Assembly (NCBI GenBank): GCA_965603825.1
Contig: CBFDEM010000047.1
Coordinates: forward strand, 744,001 to 808,000
DNA from: Blepharisma stoltei ATCC 30299
Lineage: Eukaryota > Protista > Ciliophora
Length of the DNA: 64,000 nucleotides
Direction: 5' to 3'
Every line of letters starts with the position of its first letter. Position 1 is the stretch's first letter. Position numbers and translations under genes: made by a program. Of this stretch, positions 35,033-49,442 are shown in pieces. The notes below the pieces were generated by a model. It ran no database searches. It was given only the letters and a program-made list of their open reading frames with translations, and was not told where the DNA came from.

Positions 35033-35941
35033 ATGGCAAAGAGAAATGGTTTCCAAAGACCTTTTCATTTATTTCAAATTATCTCATGGACACTCATTAT
35101 TTTTCATACCGTGATTGGCGTGCTTTGCATTGCCTTGTTCTTAAAAAGAGACCTGCTTATCATATTTTTGATTTTATTTTATATTTCCCACATATGCGTG
35201 ATAATTCAAGGCTATATTGCAACAGACTCAGACCCAACCATCTTAATAAAGCCAGAAACTGTCTCCTTGGACACAAATATCAACTATTTTTGCACAATCT
35301 GCAAGGTATATGTAACAGAATCTGCTAAACACTGTGGGCAATGCAACCGATGTGTGGATAGGTTTGATCACCATTGCAAATGGCTCAATAACTGCATAGG
35401 AAAGCCAAATTATTGGAAATTCATACCTTTGATATGGACACTAGAAGTAAGCACTTTTATATTACTTTGCTTTGAAATTTATGTAGTAAATAAAGGTTTT
35501 GCTAAAGAATTAACTGATGATTATTCGACCCAAATTCTTGTCCTGACTATATTACTTATAGATATATTCATTAATGGGACAGTGTTCTTAGCATTAGCCT
35601 ATTTAATCAGCATGCATATTTATTTAGGAATTAAAGGAAAAACTACCTATGAGTTTATACAAGAATGAAGAAAAAATAAAGAAAGAAAACATATAGTCCC
35701 GCTTGAAGATATTAAAGAGGACGACCAAGAAAGCTCTCTGAAAACTCTTTATAAAATCAGCCCAGAAAAGCTGGCAGAAATAAAAAAGAGCGTGTATATA
35801 AAGCATAATACTTTTGTAGTGACGCCAGATCTTGATATGTCATATTCGCCGTGTAATGTTAATAAAACCTTTGGAGCTGGGTCTTTTTCAATTAACTCCG
35901 ATATATCGCAAAAACCTGAAGTATTAAATAAGATTAATTAA
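35033..35941 (+). CDS. DHHC palmitoyltransferase (ZDHHC1/11-like)
   Basis: KHCGQCNRCVDRFDHHCKWLNNCIG and TTYEF. TGA at 35666 is read through to TAA 35939-35941. Confidence 0.9.
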
Positions 35942-35971
35942 TTTATATATAATTTTAAATAAAGTATTGGT

Positions 35972-37639
35972 TTAGTTATTATTCTTTAACTCTTGCATGT
36001 GCATGTCCTTCATCACGTATTTCATGACTTTTCCAGAAGACGTCATAGGAAAAGAGCTTACTATTTTGACTGTCCTTGGAATCTTGAAGTCAGAGAGTTT
36101 GCCTTTAAGGTACTCTACAACTCCTGCATGGGTAATATCAGTCTTCCCAGGCTTCATTTTGATCCACGCACATACCTGCTCTCCTCCATAGTGATCAGGA
36201 ATTCCAAATATTGAAGCCATTTCAATATCAGGGTGTTTCATTAACAAATTCTCAATTTCCGCTGGATAAATATTTTCCCCACCCCTTATAATTAAATCCT
36301 TATTTCTCCCTACAATTCTCAAGTACCCATCTTCATCTAAAGTCCCAAGATCTCCTGTATGCATCCACCCATTGCCATCAATAGTTTCTTTTGTCGCTTT
36401 TTCATCACCCCAATAATGCTTAAACACTGAATACCCTCTTATACAAATTTCTCCAACCTCTCCAATTTCTACAATTTTCCCTTTTTTATTAATAAGTTTT
36501 GCTTCAAGATTTGGGTGGATCACCCCTGCTGTGTTAACTTTTTTTTCAAAAGGAGAATTATGCAGCATTTGGAACATTGAGCCTGAAGTTTCAGTCATAG
36601 CGAACGCATTTGTGACGTTTTTTATGTGAAGCTCGTGGATAATCCTGTTCATAGTGTCTCTATCGATTCCAGAGCCAGTTGAAAATGCAGTTTTTAATGA
36701 TTCCACGTTTCTTTTTTGCTTTTCTTGTTCATTAAGGTAAAGCTGAAACATTGTAGGGACTCCTAGCAGAGAAGTGATTTTTTCGGATTCTACGGTATCC
36801 ATAATAAGTCCTGGCTTGAATACATAATCAGGGTATACTATAGTAGAGCCACGTGTTACACAGCAAATGTTTGCCATAGACCCAAAAACATGATATAAAG
36901 GCACGCTGACGACCACTTTGTCAGTTTCGTCCCATTCTAATAAATCTGTAATGTTATGGGTACAGTTTACGACTCCGTGATGGGACAATACAACACCTTT
37001 TGGTTTTCCTGTCGTCCCTGAAGTAAAAATTATATAGCTTGGGTCATCAAATGAGATATCATGGGTCACTTCTTTATAGTCTTTAGTTTTTTGATGGTAT
37101 AGTTCATCAAAATTTAGCATCCCTTTGTGGGTTTGGTTTCCTATTAAAATCACATGCTTTAAATGAGGCAATTTTGATGACGATATTTCTCCAATTTTGG
37201 AAGAATTTATTTCTGGGACAAGATTTTCGACCATGTTGATGTAATTGGAAGTCCTGAAGCTGGGAGGCATGATAAGAGCAGAAACTTGGGCTTTATTTAG
37301 CATGTATTCTAGCTCAGAGATTTGGGATGCTGGGTTTATGTTGACGAGGATTAAATCGGATAAAGCAGTGCCGAGCTGAGTTAGGGTTCAGTCTTTGCAG
37401 GTGGGAGAGAATATGCCAACTCTACTGTGCCGAGGCAGGCCTAGGGCAAGTAAGCCTTCAGCAATTTGTTCAGAACGTTGCAAAAGCTCAGAGTAGGTCC
37501 ATCTAGAGTTTTCGTGAAGACTCAGGAGGGCATCGTTGTTGGGGAATTTTCTTGTGGTTTCTCTTAGGACATCACCGATTGTTTTACCCAAAAGCGGTTT
37601 TCCAATCCCTGAGACGTAACTGAGTCTTTTTAAGCTCAT
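35972..37639 (-). CDS. Acyl-CoA synthetase (ACSF2-like AMP-binding enzyme)
   Basis: FTSGTTGKPKG, AMTETS, HTGDLG and GRNKDLIIRGGENIYP. One TGA-Trp at 37388. Confidence 0.9.
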
Positions 37640-37712
37640 ATTTTTGAACTATCAATAATATTAAGCTTTTAAAATGAGATCCGTTTTATCTGAAATAAAC
37701 AGATCATAAAAA

Positions 37713-38945
37713 ATGAGAGAAATTATACATCTCCAGATAGGCGATTGCGGAAATGCAATAGGAAAAGCGCATTGGTCTAATATTTTTTTAGATTATCCTT
37801 TTATAAACGGCAAAAACTCGGCTAACAATTTTAGCATAATTCAAGAAAAAATCGGCGTATATCTTGAAGAAAAATCCAATCAAAATTATACTGCAAGAAA
37901 CATAGCAGTTCATACAGAAAATGACTCATTAAATCCATATTTCAGCCCAGATGATTTTGTAAAAATAGAATCAGCAGGAAATAATTGAGGCAAAGGCTAC
38001 TACGGGAGCGAGGTTGACGAGTATATCATAGATCTTGCAAAATCAAAAACTGAGGCTTGTGATTCCTTGCAGGGATTTGAAATTTCGCATTCTCTTGGAG
38101 GTGGCTCTGGAAGCGGACTCACCTCCAGGGTCATTGAAATGCTAAAAGACGAGTTCCCTGAAATTTTAATCTGCATGCATACAATTTTCCCATACTCTGG
38201 GATGGGGGACTGCCTTGTTGAGCCATATAATGTCACTCTCTCCTTTCCCTACCTCCACATGCCAAAAAACGTGATTTTTGCAATTCAGAATGAAAGGTTA
38301 TTTAATTTCATTTTCCATCAAAAACATCGTATCCCTAGCTTTTATGCAGATTTTAACCATATAGCAGCAGCTGTTTTATCAGGGATCACCTCAAGTTTTC
38401 GATATTCAGGCACATTGAACGGAGATCTGCAAAAATTGGTATCAAATTTAACACCTATTGAAACTATGAATTTTCTGATACCTGAATATACAGAATTAAG
38501 CAGCTTATGACTGCATGACACACTTTCCAGGATTTTTCGAGATGGAGTTTCAGCCAATCTCTTGTGTAATGTCGATAAAAACCAAAAATATATAGCGGCT
38601 GCTTGCAATTTTAGAGGCTGTGAAGACTATAATAAAGAAATAAACAGCTTTTTTGATTCTGATACTAATGAAATTATCAATAATATGCCAAAAAAGAAAA
38701 TAAAATACTCAGTTATTGAGGCTAATCCAAACAATTTTCCAATGCAAGCTGTTTCTATTATAAATTCCACTGGATTCAGAAAAACTTTAATGGGTTATCT
38801 AGAACAATATTATGCCCTGAAGCGAAGAAATGCATTTTTACATCATTTTTATGGAGAAGGAGTAGAAGATGACGATTTCACTCAATCTGCCAATGAAATG
38901 CGTGACCTAATAGAGACCTATGAAAACGTGTATAATTCTTTATAA
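37713..38945 (+). CDS. Highly divergent beta-like tubulin (410 aa)
   Basis: MREIIHLQIGDCGNAIG, SAGNN(W=TGA)GKGYY, HSLGGGSGSG, VEPYN, GDLQKL..NL and AFLHHFYGEG. Confidence 0.88.
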
Positions 38946-38950
38946 AATAC

Positions 38951-40387
38951 TTAATTATCTCCCACCAAAGAAGACGACAGTCTCGCAAGTGCCACTTCTT
39001 CATTTCCTTGCTCACTGGTCTCACTAGGACTTTTCGGCCTCACTCTTGAGTTTTTCGCTATAAAATCAGGGGTATAAATTTCTTTCAGCAGCTGATCAGT
39101 CTTTTTAGACTCATATTTATTCAATTCCTTCAAAAAAGCTTCCTTATTTTCCAGCAAAGGCGTCACCACGACTTCTAATTTTTCTTTGATTTTGTTAAAT
39201 AAATCCACCAAGTCCATATTGGACGTGTCCAGTCTGTTATCAAGCTTGCTCATTATTTTTTTTCCCCATGCAAAAATATGCTCATAATTCCTTGTAGAAT
39301 TTTCGTTCCTTTCCCTGCATTTAAGCAGCTCATTTTGCTCTTTGGCGAGCTTTTCTTCTAAAGCTTTGAATTCTTTATAAAAGGACCTTTCATTGGTTTC
39401 TCCTTCTATAAGCAAAAGTTCTTTAAGCTCATTTCGTGATTTTTCATTTTCTGCTTTCAGGTCATCCAGAGTTTTTTCGGCTTCTGAGATGCTTTGCATG
39501 AGCTGTTGATGGACTTCTTCACGGGTCAGGAATTTTTGGACGATGTCTTTTACGTTGGACAGACCTGTAGCTGCACGGATTTTTTGGAAGGCTTCTTCGA
39601 CCTCTGCAGCACTTTGCCATTCTTTTTCAAGTTTCCATCGTAAATACATATACCAAAACCTGTTTATAAGAAGCTGCTCTTTCATCTGGATTTCTTGGCT
39701 GTCTCTATCTTCATTTGCAGCAGCTTCTGCAATTTCGGCTTGTCTTTTCAGTCTTTCTTGTCGTCTTTCTGATGCGTCTTTTCTCATTTTTACGCTTCTT
39801 TCGAGCTGCTGCACTCTTTCTTCTTTTTTTCTTTTTTCAAATTCTAAATTTGCTTTTAGCTCTTGTAAGAATTTTTTTGACTGGTGATTTAGCTCTTTGT
39901 TTTTCCTGGATTTTTCTTTTTCGCTTTCTAACTCCATCTTGGACGATTTTAAGGTATGGCTCAGATGGTTAGAGGTGACTTGGAGATTGACTTTTTCTAA
40001 ATTCATTCTGTTGAGCATGTGCTCATAGCTTTTCTTGTTAAGAAGCTCTTCTTCTACTTTCATATGAGTCAGTTCTAAAGCAGTTTCGAGCTGTTCTATT
40101 CTTTGGTTGATACTCCGCTCGTCCATTTCGGTGACTTCTGCAACTGTTCCTAGCTTTTCCAGCTCTTTTTTAGATCTTTCAAGCTGGTGCCGCTTTAAAG
40201 AGTTTTCTCTTTTGGTTTGGTCATGCTTTTTGCGGATCATTGTCAGTTGCATTGAAATTTCTCGCATTTCGTCGTCTTTGTGGATGTCGATGTTGTCCCC
40301 ACCGTCGCTGTACATGCTTGAGTCCTGCTGAGTGATCAGGAATTTCAGTGGAGCCTTTTTTTGAGGAGATTTTTTGGTCTCGGCCAT
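38951..40387 (-). CDS. Coiled-coil protein resembling outer dynein arm docking-complex subunits
   Basis: Long heptads with VEEAFQKIRAATGLSNVKDIVQKFLTREE, typical of ODA-DC family proteins. Confidence 0.65.
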   Translation of the reverse strand: MAETKKSPQKKAPLKFLITQQDSSMYSDGGDNIDIHKDDEMREISMQLTMIRKKHDQTKRENSLKRHQLERSKKELEKLGTVAEVTEMDERSINQRIEQLETALELTHMKVEEELLNKKSYEHMLNRMNLEKVNLQVTSNHLSHTLKSSKMELESEKEKSRKNKELNHQSKKFLQELKANLEFEKRKKEERVQQLERSVKMRKDASERRQERLKRQAEIAEAAANEDRDSQEIQMKEQLLINRFWYMYLRWKLEKEWQSAAEVEEAFQKIRAATGLSNVKDIVQKFLTREEVHQQLMQSISEAEKTLDDLKAENEKSRNELKELLLIEGETNERSFYKEFKALEEKLAKEQNELLKCRERNENSTRNYEHIFAWGKKIMSKLDNRLDTSNMDLVDLFNKIKEKLEVVVTPLLENKEAFLKELNKYESKKTDQLLKEIYTPDFIAKNSRVRPKSPSETSEQGNEEVALARLSSSLVGDN

Positions 40388-40520
40388 ATGATTATTATAA
40401 CTATAATAAAATTTTTATCATGTTTAGGACATTTATATAAAGCATTTTAAATAAAAAGCAGGTAATTATGATACTAAAAGTGATTAAATATATTGTTTAT
40501 TGATAATGCATTAATTAGGT

Positions 40521-40958
40521 TTACACAATTTCTAAGTCGCAAAGATTTCAGTCTTCATATGAACCATCTGGAAGGTATCTTCTGACTATAAAAGGAAGCT
40601 TTTTATTTATGAGCTCTTTATAGGCGATCTCTAATGGATCAGTTTCATTAGGATCAAGCTGAACAAAAATTGGAGCGTTTTGGCTAATCTGGGAAGCTCT
40701 TGCTCCGAGAACTCTAGTTTTTTCGTACTTTGAAAGATACGACGGGGTGTATCTAATTACTTTTGTTTCAGGAATAGCCTTTGCTAAAGTGGTATCTTCG
40801 TTTATCTCGCTTTCAGAGTCGCTTTTTTCTGAGTTTGTCTCACTTTTTTCTGAGTTAGAATTATTTTCCTCTGAGTTCTGCTCGCTTTTTTCCGAAATAG
40901 CGCATTCATCTATTTTTTCCTCGATTTGCTCACAGTCACTAAGATCTTCGTCTGACAT
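40521..40958 (-). CDS. RPB6: RNA polymerase I/II/III shared subunit RPB6
   Basis: [42 protein letters not shown](W=TGA). Confidence 0.93.
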
Positions 40959-41227
40959 TTTTATAAGCTAATATTATTAATATCCCGCCATCATAAATGT
41001 TTAATCTTCTGATTGTTTTAACAAATTTAGTACTATCTTTAAAGCTTAATTCAATAGCAGTTATTTTTGCTGTTTTAAGCTATCCTTTTTTATCATTTTT
41101 CTTTTAGCAGCTACACTTTATTCTGTTACTGCTTATTGTATCTTTCAACTTCCTCAAAAATCTCTCTCCAAAGCCTTCAAAATCAATTTTCTTTCTTTTT
41201 TGAAGCTATCGTATCATATTTAAATAC

Positions 41228-42766
41228 ATGGAAAGTGCATCAATCCAAGAAATCGTGCAAAAAGGCTGCCGTTTAGGCGATATTCCGCTATTAAAAGAAG
41301 TTTTTAAATCTCATCCTCAATTTCTAAACCAAACAGACACTCAGCTTGGCTGAACACCTTTATACCGCACTGTTATATGTGGCCACGAGTCTGCAACTCG
41401 ATTATTATTGAACCTCGGCGCAGACCCTGACGTGAAGTCCAAAATAGGTGAAACCCCGCTCCATCAGGCTGCTTATAACAGCCAATACTCTATCGCCAAA
41501 CTTCTACTCGATTACAAGGCAAATCCAAACGCCCAGCAAAATGATGGCGACACTCCTCTTCACCACGCAGCTTTCAAAGGTGATTTTTCAATGGCGAAAT
41601 TACTATTAAAGTACAATAGCAGTCCAAATATCCCAAATACAGTTTTTGGTAGGACTCCTTTACATTATGCAGTGGATTATGGTCATTCAAAAATAGTAAA
41701 ACTATTCATAAAACATAATGCGGTCACTGATATTGAAGATATTGGTGAAAAAACGCCAATGGATCTGACGACCAACACTGATATGATTTCTATCCTTCTA
41801 AAATCAAAGGAGCCTTCAGAACTGGCAAGCTCTATAGATAACTCATTTAACTCTATTTCAAGTATTGATGCAAATCCGAACTACTCTCAGCAGTTTAATA
41901 GCAAATTTTCCTTTATTTCTCAGACTTCAAATTATAATTATGAAAAAGGCTTGGATTTATATGAAGAAAAGACTGATAAATATGCAGAAAATACTGAAAA
42001 AACGCTTGATGTAGCTAGCATCCCTTATCATGGTAGAAGTGTAAGCTCTTTATTTGAGCCAGACGCAGAAAAATCATATAGTGATGTAAGGCCTTCTAAT
42101 CTATTGACAGACAGAGCAAGAATAATCTCTTTTGGTGGAAATGATAAAAAATCTGCCCTCTATAGCTGGATTTCCAGTGTAAAGCTTGAAGGGATTTTTG
42201 ATACTTTAATATCTGGCGGATATGACGATTTAGGCCAAATGATAGCCAGTATGAAAACTTCGCTTCCAATTACAGAAAGAATGCTTTCAGAAATAGGAAT
42301 CAAAAAACCTGGGCTTAGAAGACGGCTTCTAGCCGCATTAGATGAAGAAGCCAAATCCTTCCCTAAAAAAGGAAAAACCCAAGAAAGCAACCCTTTCCAA
42401 TGCTGGGCAGCCTCATCCAGTAACACAGGTCTGATTAATTTACAGAACCTCAAACAATGACTCGAGAAACTTAACCTTTCTCACCTACATAAGTCCTTTG
42501 TAGACGCAGGCTACGACGACATGGAGCATAACCTCGCCCTCATGAATTCCAGCTGGTTCATAACTGATGACATTTTACTAAACGACATAAAAATCACAAA
42601 ACCAGGACATAGGCACAGGATTTTATCAAAGCTTAAAGAAGAATGCATAGGCTTTGAAACGATGAAGAAAAATAACGGAAGACCGAGCTTCAAAAAATGC
42701 GCAGAAGGCTTAATAATTGAAAAATCGTCCACTTCTTCGGCTTGTGGGATGTGCTTGCTAATGTAA
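41228..42766 (+). CDS. Ankyrin repeat + tandem SAM domain protein
   Basis: G(W=TGA)TPLY, GETPLH, GDTPLH and GRTPLH repeats; SAM motifs L.EIGIKKPGLRRRLL and IKITKPGHRHRIL. Confidence 0.87.
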
Positions 42767-42822
42767 TTATATTTATTTTTAACTTCAGATTTAGATTAAT
42801 ATATCCAAATTGAAGTGGAAAA

Positions 42823-44145
42823 ATGGGTAGTACTTTTTTCGCTATAATTGGTAAAAATATGAATAAAGTTATTGATGAAAACTTGAAGCAGCCGAATATT
42901 AAGAAGAAAAAAATAGGCTCAAAGATTATAAAATCCAAAAAGCTATTTGATAGGTGAAGATTTTTTAGGCTGCTTTCTTCAATAATCGCCTGTGTAGCGA
43001 TATTCCCAGCATCTTCAGATTACGAGATGGGATTTTCTGAAGAAAGAACAGCAACAAACTGCATGATTGTGGAGGACAGTTCAGTTTTGTACAGACATTT
43101 AGCTATGTGGCTTAGCTTTTCAAGTATTTTACTATTAATCCCTTATAGATATTATTTCCTCAAGTGAAAGCGGCATATGCCCAAAACCTTTCACGAGCTC
43201 CCTTCCTACAAAAAGCTGACCTTGATGCAGGTCTTTGAAATGCGAAAAAAGCCTAAATTCTCCCAATATATAGGAGATGACACAATCCCTATCACAATTT
43301 TACTTCTGATTTTGCCATATCCAGGATTAGATCTGACCTTTACAGTTTCCCAACAAATTCTTTACCAAGACGTAAAAGTCTGCTACTTTGTGACTGAGCC
43401 TTTATATGCCTTAATGTTCCTGCGGTGGATTTATCTAATTTTTTCCCTATTCAACTTTGGGAAATACAACAACCAAGTAGCTCAAAGGTACAGAGAAAAG
43501 TTTGGCGTCCCAATGACCCCAGCTTTTTCGCTGAAATGTTACCTAAACCAAGACCCTCTGCTTATGCTTTTATTTTTTTTCCTGATCCCAGGAATCCTTA
43601 TATTTGGATCAGTGATGAGAATTTTTGATAGGCCTCTTATGAAGCCGAGCATGGACTTTGACTATGTTGGGAACGCTTGATGAAATTCAGTGATTACCAT
43701 GATGACGGTAGGATTTGGGGACACTTATCCTACCACAATCCTAGGCAGACTTGTCAGCGCTTCCAGTGCTATATATGGAGGTATGGTGCTGTCTTTTACT
43801 TTTGTGTCTATGGGATCAATCCTTCAGCTTTCCAAAAACGAAAAAAACGCATTTAATTATATTTTGGTAAGTTCTGCTGCAACCGGGGCTATTGTTTCAG
43901 CACTTTCTTATAAAAAATCAGAACAAAAAAATATAGAAGAGAGATATAACGCCTGGGAAAGGGTAAAAACACATCTGAGGTATTTTATGGATTACAAAGA
44001 AATAATAGGTGCAGATAAAGATGAAGGAGAAGAAGCCATTGACAATTTGAAAGAAAGGGTGTTAAGCTTAGAGGACAAAGTGAGTAGCCTAAAAGGGACT
44101 ACTGACGCAATAATTCATAAACTTAATCGTATTTACACTAGGTAA
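42823..44145 (+). CDS. SK-like K+ channel (start 42823 or 42859)
   Basis: Pore GNA-(TGA TGA=WW)-NSVITMMTVGFGDTYPTTILGR, with upstream TM segments in the same frame. Confidence 0.85.
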
Positions 44146-44175
44146 AATTATGCCCATTTAAGACAAACTCTTAAA

Positions 44176-45744
<1,569 letters not shown>

Positions 45745-46268
45745 TTAGGAATGTGGGAAATGAAATTTCTTGGATTAATTTGTATTGTGCTTATGGGAGA
45801 GGATAATTTTGAGAGACAGGCAAGGATTGTGCATAGTTATTTAAGGAAATTTGAATAGGAATCATTATGAAAGAGAAAGAAGATTGATATAAGGAAAATG
45901 AAACCATTAATGGAAGCGATATTGATCAAATGGGCATTTTCGTTATTATCTAACTACTAGATGTTTAAAATTGCTACTTGTGAAAAATTTAAATTAATTG
46001 TTTTAGATGTTTTCAAATTCTATCAAATTCAATTAATATTATCAAAAATTTTGTGTGCTCTCATCTCAGTTGCATAAAAAAATGTGTTGCAATACAGTAG
46101 TTTGCTCTCTTAATTATTTCTTATATTCAACATAAATATAAATTATATTATCGATGAAATAATCCCAATTGATTAAATCATGATTTTTAAAAATTAAATC
46201 AGATTTTAAATCAATTATTCAAATAAGCAGATTATCTTGCGTAATATATTTTTATAGAAATAATAAAA

Positions 46269-47198
46269 TTACTCACTGCCTCTATATAAGCTTCGATTTT
46301 CTCTTCCAATAGCTGCACAGATTCAATTTGCAGTTTCTTCCAGCTTTTGCAAATCAAGGCCTGTTTCTACTCCTAGCTGGCTTAGCACATATACTACATC
46401 TTCTGTGGACACATTCCCAGTTGCACCAGGCGCATATGGACATCCTCCTAAGCTTGCAATAGAGCTATCTACAATGCTAACTCCCATTTCTAGTCCAGTT
46501 AAGATATTCTGTATAGCTCTTCCATACGTATTGTGGCAATGAAGGGCTAATTTTTCAAGAGGGACTTCTTGTAAGACTTCATGGAGCATCGCTATTGTCT
46601 TCTCTGGTGTCCCAATTCCAATGGTATCTCCTAACGAGATTTCATAGCATCCTATTTCATTTAATCTCTTAGCTACCTGTCTTACAGCTGCAGGATCTAT
46701 ATCTCCTTCAAAAGGGCATCCCATTACACAGGAGACATATCCTCGGACTTGAACATTATTATCATTGGCTTTTTCCATAATAGGCAAAAATCGTCTGATA
46801 CTTTCTTCAATGCTGCAATTGATATTTTTTTGGCAAAAAGTTTCGCTTGCCCCTGTGAAAACTGCAACTTCTTTGGCCCCTGCTTGGATTGCTGCATCGT
46901 ACCCTTTCATGTTTGGGGTCAGAACTGGATAACTAATTCCTTCGAATTTTTGTATCTGTTGGAATACCTGATAATTGTCAGCCATTTGTGGAACTGCTTT
47001 TGGAGAAACAAAACTTGTGACTTCAATAGATTTATAGCCACATTGGCTTAGTCTGTTGATAAACTGGACCTTTGTGTCTGTAGAAACCACACTTTTTTCA
47101 TTCTGCAGACCGTCCCTCGGGCCCATTTCTTTAATTGTCACGAAGCTTGGGAATCTTCTCCCTCTATACTGTGTAATGATTTCTCTAAGAGACCTCAT
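46269..47198 (-). CDS. HMGCL: Hydroxymethylglutaryl-CoA lyase
   Basis: EMGPRDGLQNE, HCHNTYG and GGCPYAPGATGNVSTED. TGA at 46323 is Trp. Confidence 0.93.
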
Positions 47199-47219
47199 TT
47201 TTATTAATTTCCTAATTAA

Positions 47220-48635
47220 TTAAAGATCAGTTTTAGCTTTTCCTGCTGTAGGTCCTTGAAGTAGGAATTCTATTAGTCCATTAGCAGATCTCTCCCCAGT
47301 GTAATCTACTGGCGTTCTCTGGCCAGCTATGAAAAACTTAAGGGTTGGGTAGCTTTGGATTTCTATATCTTTGGCTTCGTTTTTAATTGCATCCATTTTC
47401 GCTATGATTATATTTTCTTTATTTTTCAAATAAACTGCTAATTTTTCATATTCAGGAGCAAACTCTTTGCAGTGTTCACACCAAGGGGCATAAAATTCCA
47501 CTAATACATTTTTCCCTGAGTTATAGACAACCTCCTCGAAGTTTTTGCCGACCAAAACTCTGACCCCATTTTCATAAGGCTCCTCAGGAATAGGCTGTGA
47601 CTTATAAAATGGGACAGTTTCCCTTCTCTTGAATTTATTTATGAGTTTTCTTGTAGCTTCAAGCGAAAATGGCTCTTCTAGGAGAAACTTCAACATTCCT
47701 TCCACTGGGTGGAATATAAGAATAGCAGGCTGAGACTCAGGATAAATCCCTAAAAATTCGCTTAAAACTTCATTGTCCTTTTTCTTTAAATCTGTGGCTA
47801 CAAAAGTTAGGTCACTTCTAAATTCTTTTGCGAGGGTTTGTAAAGTTTCCTCGTATTTTTCTGCATCTTCTTCAGCCCTGAAAAAGAACACGACTGAGTT
47901 TTTCCCTTTGAAAATGAATTCTAAGGCAAAATTGTTGAATGGGATAATTGCAGGCTTTTTGTAGTTTTCTACGAATTTGGTCATTTCAAAAGTATTGAAC
48001 CCTCCTTTGTAATCAACCCTGCCATCGTCTGGGTTAAAAAGAGTCATTTGTTTTTCTTCCATCCCATAGTGTGTCAAGGCTTCTGGATCAGTTGAAACTA
48101 AAAAGGCAGGACCATCTATATTTTTGGCTATATGTTCATAAACTCCTAAATCAGTCGAATTTGGTAAAGCCCAAAGTATGACGCTTATTTTGTTATTCTC
48201 AATCTCACTTTTAAGCTTTTCTAAAGTGCTGATTTTTGTCATTGCAAAGCCTATTCTCTTTTTAATCCACGACACAATAGAAGCTGCATTCCCTCCTCCT
48301 GTATACTTGGTAGGCCTTTTATTGACAAAGAAAATGAATGATGGGAATTCTGTAATTTTATATTCCTGGGCAACTCCTGGGTTTACAAGAGAGTCCATAA
48401 CTGCAATTCTGAATGGAGGGTCAAGCTCTTTTAGCACTCTTGCTGCTTTTACCAGTTCTGGAGCAAGCTGAATACAAAGTTCGCATCCTGGCTCATAAAA
48501 TTCTACCAATATTGTAGGCTGGATTTCCAGAGCAGCTGGAAAAGTTTTGTCGTCAAGAGACCAAACTCCATCAAGTTCAGCAATTTCTGCAAATACTCCA
48601 ATTGCAAGAACTAAAAAGTGCAGCTTGGAGCCCAT
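47220..48635 (-). CDS. Protein disulfide isomerase (a-b-b'-a')
   Basis: Signal peptide, FYEPGCELC and FYAPWCEHCK sites, and C-terminal KTDL. Confidence 0.9.
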   Translation of the reverse strand: MGSKLHFLVLAIGVFAEIAELDGVWSLDDKTFPAALEIQPTILVEFYEPGCELCIQLAPELVKAARVLKELDPPFRIAVMDSLVNPGVAQEYKITEFPSFIFFVNKRPTKYTGGGNAASIVSWIKKRIGFAMTKISTLEKLKSEIENNKISVILWALPNSTDLGVYEHIAKNIDGPAFLVSTDPEALTHYGMEEKQMTLFNPDDGRVDYKGGFNTFEMTKFVENYKKPAIIPFNNFALEFIFKGKNSVVFFFRAEEDAEKYEETLQTLAKEFRSDLTFVATDLKKKDNEVLSEFLGIYPESQPAILIFHPVEGMLKFLLEEPFSLEATRKLINKFKRRETVPFYKSQPIPEEPYENGVRVLVGKNFEEVVYNSGKNVLVEFYAPWCEHCKEFAPEYEKLAVYLKNKENIIIAKMDAIKNEAKDIEIQSYPTLKFFIAGQRTPVDYTGERSANGLIEFLLQGPTAGKAKTDL

Positions 48636-48665
48636 TTTATTCACTAGCTAATTAATAAAACACGC

Positions 48666-49136
48666 TTAGATATGGTTAGTATTTATTTGTGATGAAGAAA
48701 AAGGTGCTGGCACTGACCCTTCACTTGACTTGATATTTTTAGGGTTGTCGTCTTTGTCTATTAGCTTATTTTTGCAGGATAAAGCAAATACAAAGTATAT
48801 TGCAGAAATAGTAAAAAAAGCTATGGAAAGAATTAAGTATCATATATTGCTTGGATAAAAAATAATGGTCCCGAGGAAAAAGCAAAATATGGCTTTTCCA
48901 ATGTAAAAACCTAAAAATGAAAAGAAAGAAATAAAACACTTGCAGGGCATTTCGCCAAAAAATACAAGGAAGCCGAAAATGATATAGTAGACTGTTAAAG
49001 AAAAATCCCTAGGGCCTGAAAAAGAAAGTCTTGTAAACTTGTAGACTGAGAGTGCTATAAGCCCAATTCCTGCAATTATTGTCAGTATTTTTAAAAATGT
49101 CGAGAGTCGAACATCGCTGATTTCTTGGCCGACCAT
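48666..49136 (-). CDS. Small polytopic Golgi membrane protein (COPI-associated/TVP15-like)
   Basis: YYIIFG.LV..E..F.FL..YIGKA.F.FFLG motif. TGA at 48840 is read through to TAA 48666. Confidence 0.75.
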
Positions 49137-49442
49137 ATCAGAATCTTTAATATAATTTAAGCATATTCGAGGCTCAATTAATATGGCTATGCAAATACCT
49201 ATAATTTTAATTTAAAATTAAATAAAAACTCAAGGTAGCCTAAATCTTTTAGCATATCTTTGTAGATTTTTAATAGATAATCGTCATATTGGCCTATTTT
49301 ATGCTTACTAATAACTATTTATATAAGATATTCAGGATAATATCTATAATAAAAGATAAAAATTGAGTTTTATTTAAATTAAATCCTCCACAAAATTTAA
49401 AGTAAAATAGTAATCATTATTAAATATTGCTTTTGTGATTAA

